This document shows, in pieces, positions 37,401-38,045 of a stretch of 38,045 nt of DNA (its first letter is position 1; every line of letters starts with the position of its first letter). Below the pieces are notes generated by a model. That model worked only from the letters and a program-made list of their open reading frames with translations, did no database searches and was not told the origin of the DNA. Source of the stretch: Choristocarpus tenellus KU-1152 (taxonomy: Eukaryota > Protista > Phaeophyceae). The stretch covers positions 1-38,045 of the forward strand of contig CAXNAD020000036.1 of NCBI GenBank assembly GCA_964200185.2, in the 5' to 3' direction. The position numbers were made by a program, and so were the translations under genes.

Positions 37401-37935
37401 GCAATCAGTACAAACAATTACAGTTGATGGAGCTTCTGCTTTCCATGAGATACAAAATATATTGCTCCGGACACCCATTTCCAAGTCGGGCAACATCAAC
37501 AACATCAGTTTCCCATTGCGAGGAACATGGAGTCTGGAGGTTGAAGGGTGGACAACATCAGGTCTTGCACCAAATGCAAGCACCCAAGATATGTCAAAAG
37601 CCCTATATCTACTTCCCAATGTGGGCAATGTGAATGTTACTAAGGAATATGATACTTTAGAGGAATCTTCACTCGGTGACCTTTGGAATATCACAGGTTG
37701 GACAGTCACCTTCATTGATCGTGGTGGTGATGTACCAGCAATGACTGGAGATACTTCAAATCTGTTTGGTGGCTCTCCTTCCGGCAACCCTGATGTAGTG
37801 ATTCGCACAACACAGGATGGGCATGAGGGTGATGATGTTTTGCAAGTTGTGTATATGTTGCAAACGAACAGGTCCAGCTTGATGCCAGAGACACAGGTTG
37901 TGACATTGGCAGTTGGAGCAAAGCCATTGCCTGAG
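1309..37935 (+). CDS. Giant multi-exon extracellular IPT/TIG-repeat protein (fibrocystin-L-like modules), partial, at least 7,581 aa in 27 exons
   Basis: 27 exons bounded by AG/GT with matching phases at all 26 internal introns (21 phase 0, 4 phase 1, 1 phase 2). Domain motifs continue across junctions. About 59 repeats of the IPT/TIG pattern P..GP..GGT.V.V.G.GF...C.FG...C..P...V.VS.NG.DF...F.Y. No stop is reached, and the last exon ends at a GTGAGT donor. Confidence 0.9.
1964..2143 (+). CDS. Exon 2: LamG-like domain
   Basis: tttcag|GGA ... AAG|gtgagc, phase 0-0. Confidence 0.75.
2939..3166 (+). CDS. Exon 3: LamG-like core
   Basis: ctgcag|GTC ... GAG|gtggga; encodes QWSHILVGWNETHAFVHAN and YYTGLIDNLE, matching the W.H...W and F.G.ID motifs. 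Confidence 0.85.
3702..3961 (+). mobile_element. MITE copy 1 (about 260 bp, intron 3)
   Basis: TIRs GAGCCAAAGTATCTTAGAGAGTA / TACCCTCTAAGATACTTTCACTC; colinear with the copies at 28604 and 33784; possible CTCT TSD if one base was lost. Confidence 0.85.
4081..4794 (+). CDS. Exon 4: end of LamG region plus cadherin-like/Big domain
   Basis: caaag|GTG ... AGG|gtgagg; GLVSLWRFHEGRG; LTYIPNPG...ISYTV...ATVLLSVQAVIDLP. Confidence 0.85.
5160..5624 (+). CDS. Exon 5: second cadherin-like domain and start of IPT 1
   Basis: aacag|GAT ... GAG|gtgagc; VNDVDA...TNRALHDL; ends PMAAPVTGGLNLE. Confidence 0.88.
5891..7994 (+). CDS. Exon 6: IPT/TIG domains 1-7
   Basis: aacag|GTT ... ACCG|gtgaga (phase 1). Confidence 0.92.
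8001..8060. repeat. Imperfect 30-bp tandem duplication at the start of intron 6
   Basis: GAAATTGCTTTTGGGTACTGAAATGGTTGA / GAAATTGTTGTTGGATCCTGAACTGGTTGG. Confidence 0.6.
9293..15234 (+). CDS. Exon 7 (5,942 nt): IPT/TIG domains about 8-28
   Basis: aatag|GT (phase 1) ... CAG|gtaaga; 2037-aa ORF made of IPT repeats. Confidence 0.95.
15786..16706 (+). CDS. Exon 8: IPT/TIG domains about 29-31
   Basis: atcag|GTT ... GAG|gtgaga. Confidence 0.92.
17784..17801. repeat. (TC)9 microsatellite
   Basis: Read directly; about 50 nt upstream of the exon 9 acceptor. Confidence 0.9.
17852..19306 (+). CDS. Exon 9: IPT/TIG domains about 32-37
   Basis: ctcag|GTT ... GAG|gtgagt. Confidence 0.92.
20266..21087 (+). 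CDS. Exon 10: IPT/TIG domains about 37-39
   Basis: atcag|GTG ... CTG|gtaagt. Confidence 0.92.
21302..23773 (+). CDS. Exon 11: IPT/TIG domains about 40-48
   Basis: cccag|ATG ... GAG|gtaagc. Confidence 0.92.
24733..26988 (+). CDS. Exon 12: IPT/TIG domains about 48-55
   Basis: caaag|GTG ... CAG|gtatgc; CHFGHLE|VMARLL joins one domain across the intron. Confidence 0.9.
27228..27458 (+). CDS. Exon 13: N-terminal part of split IPT domain 56
   Basis: tttcag|GTC ... GAG|gtcaga; PERGLITGGT...CRFG...CVAP. Confidence 0.88.
27568..27747 (+). CDS. Exon 14: tandem EVQ strand repeats
   Basis: tacag|GTA ... CAG|gtgagg. Confidence 0.85.
28113..28136. repeat. 12-bp tandem duplication AGAGATATCGAT x2
   Basis: Read directly, intron 14. 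Confidence 0.7.
28350..28424 (+). CDS. Exon 15: EVQ strand repeat
   Basis: aacag|GTC ... GAG|gtacta; VVHTSLEHSREVQRITVDASANISE. Confidence 0.8.
28604..28864 (+). mobile_element. MITE copy 2 (intron 15)
   Basis: GAGTCAAAGTATCTTAG ... CTAAGATACTTTCACTC, flanked on both sides by ATCT (4-bp TSD). Confidence 0.9.
28902..29015 (+). CDS. Exon 16: module A start (absent from the ORF track)
   Basis: ttcag|GTT ... GAG|gtgagt; VQQLIVASEDISTLSGTFMLRHGFHFSEPVPFNATAKE. Confidence 0.85.
29199..29393 (+). CDS. Exon 17: module A
   Basis: ctcag|ATC ... GAG|gtaagg. Confidence 0.85.
29855..29998 (+). CDS. Exon 18: module B start
   Basis: tgcag|CTG ... GAA|gtgaga; EVQDV...IPWNARSADVEAALE. Confidence 0.87.
30329..30728 (+). 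CDS. Exon 19: modules B and C
   Basis: cacag|GCC ... GGAG|gtgaga (phase 1). Confidence 0.87.
30902..31005 (+). CDS. Exon 20: module C end
   Basis: tgcag|GC (phase 1) ... GAG|gtaaga; TAWLVTF. Confidence 0.85.
31154..31250 (+). CDS. Exon 21: module D start
   Basis: gacag|GTG ... GGAG|gtgcgg (phase 1); EVQNV. Confidence 0.8.
31644..31924 (+). CDS. Exon 22: module D
   Basis: gctag|TT (phase 1) ... GAG|gtaaag; ANASASDIRAALE...WLVTF. Confidence 0.85.
32230..32387 (+). CDS. Exon 23: module E
   Basis: cacag|TTA ... TTCAG|gtagga (phase 2). Confidence 0.83.
32625..32878 (+). CDS. Exon 24: modules E and F
   Basis: ctcag|A TGG (phase 2, restores RWTVTF) ... GAAG|gtacga (phase 1). Confidence 0.85.
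33086..33387 (+). CDS. Exon 25: modules F and G
   Basis: cacag|GA (phase 1) ... AAT|gtgagc. Confidence 0.85.
33784..34043 (+). mobile_element. MITE copy 3 (intron 25)
   Basis: GAGTCAAA ... ACTTTCACTC, flanked on both sides by AACT (4-bp TSD); internal 20-bp perfect inverted repeat at 33919-33960. Confidence 0.9.
34422..35132 (+). CDS. Exon 26: modules G, H and I
   Basis: gtcag|GTA ... AAG|gtgaga. Confidence 0.87.
35225..35248. repeat. (TA)7(GA)5 compound microsatellite
   Basis: Read directly, intron 26. Confidence 0.9.
36136..37935 (+). CDS. Exon 27: module J, completion of IPT 56, IPT 57-59, start of second module block
   Basis: gtcag|GTG ... GAG|gtgagt; the gene continues past the window. 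Confidence 0.9.
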
Positions 37936-38045
37936 GTGAGTATTCTATTATTCACTTTGGTATACTGAGTATTTCATATGTTAGATCTTGCATATTGCAA
38001 TGGCCCAAAGTATCTGGGAGGAGGGGGGGGGGGTCTACACCAGGG

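Noticed and set aside
9528-37955. Numerous minus-strand ORFs of 60-190 aa overlapping the exons
   Set aside because: These are antisense shadows of the coding frame with no independent domain signal.
9295-37968. Treating the long ORFs (2037, 829, 802, 619 aa and others) as separate genes in a prokaryote-like cluster
   Set aside because: Each ORF loses its domain pattern exactly at a GT donor and regains it after an AG, with phases and motifs continuous across junctions. They are exons of one gene.
38005-38045. CAAAGTATCT resembling the MITE left TIR at the window end
   Set aside because: Only a 10-bp match without the GAG terminus, followed by unrelated G-rich sequence.
1-38045. CRISPR array, rRNA or tRNA genes
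   Set aside because: I saw no repeat-spacer pattern or structural RNA signature.

Overview
This window is eukaryotic DNA with GT-AG spliceosomal introns, probably from a stramenopile such as a brown alga or relative (inferred from intron style and protein and transposon families). Almost all of it is one giant + strand gene, open at the 3' end and probably at the 5' end. I traced 27 exons by hand (1309..37935). They join in frame without stops into 22,743 nt, or 7,581 aa. Architecture: a LamG/ConA-like domain, two bacterial-type cadherin/Big-like domains, about 56 tandem IPT/TIG Ig-like domains, a ~1,120-aa block of 10 'EVQ / GGTF-L...NA-A..V..AL...W-VTF' modules, 3 more IPT domains, then the start of a second such block. 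The main observation is that each module block is inserted inside a single IPT domain. The first block opens with 7 consecutive EVQ strands, and the 6 unassigned strands match in number the 6 downstream modules that lack their own strand. This suggests a nested, out-and-back, branched protein topology. Also present: a decayed Tc1/mariner right end with an internal 162-bp duplication, three copies of a ~260-bp GAG...CTC MITE with 4-bp TSDs in introns, and marked CpG depletion. All domain calls are by eye and need HMM or structure-prediction checks.
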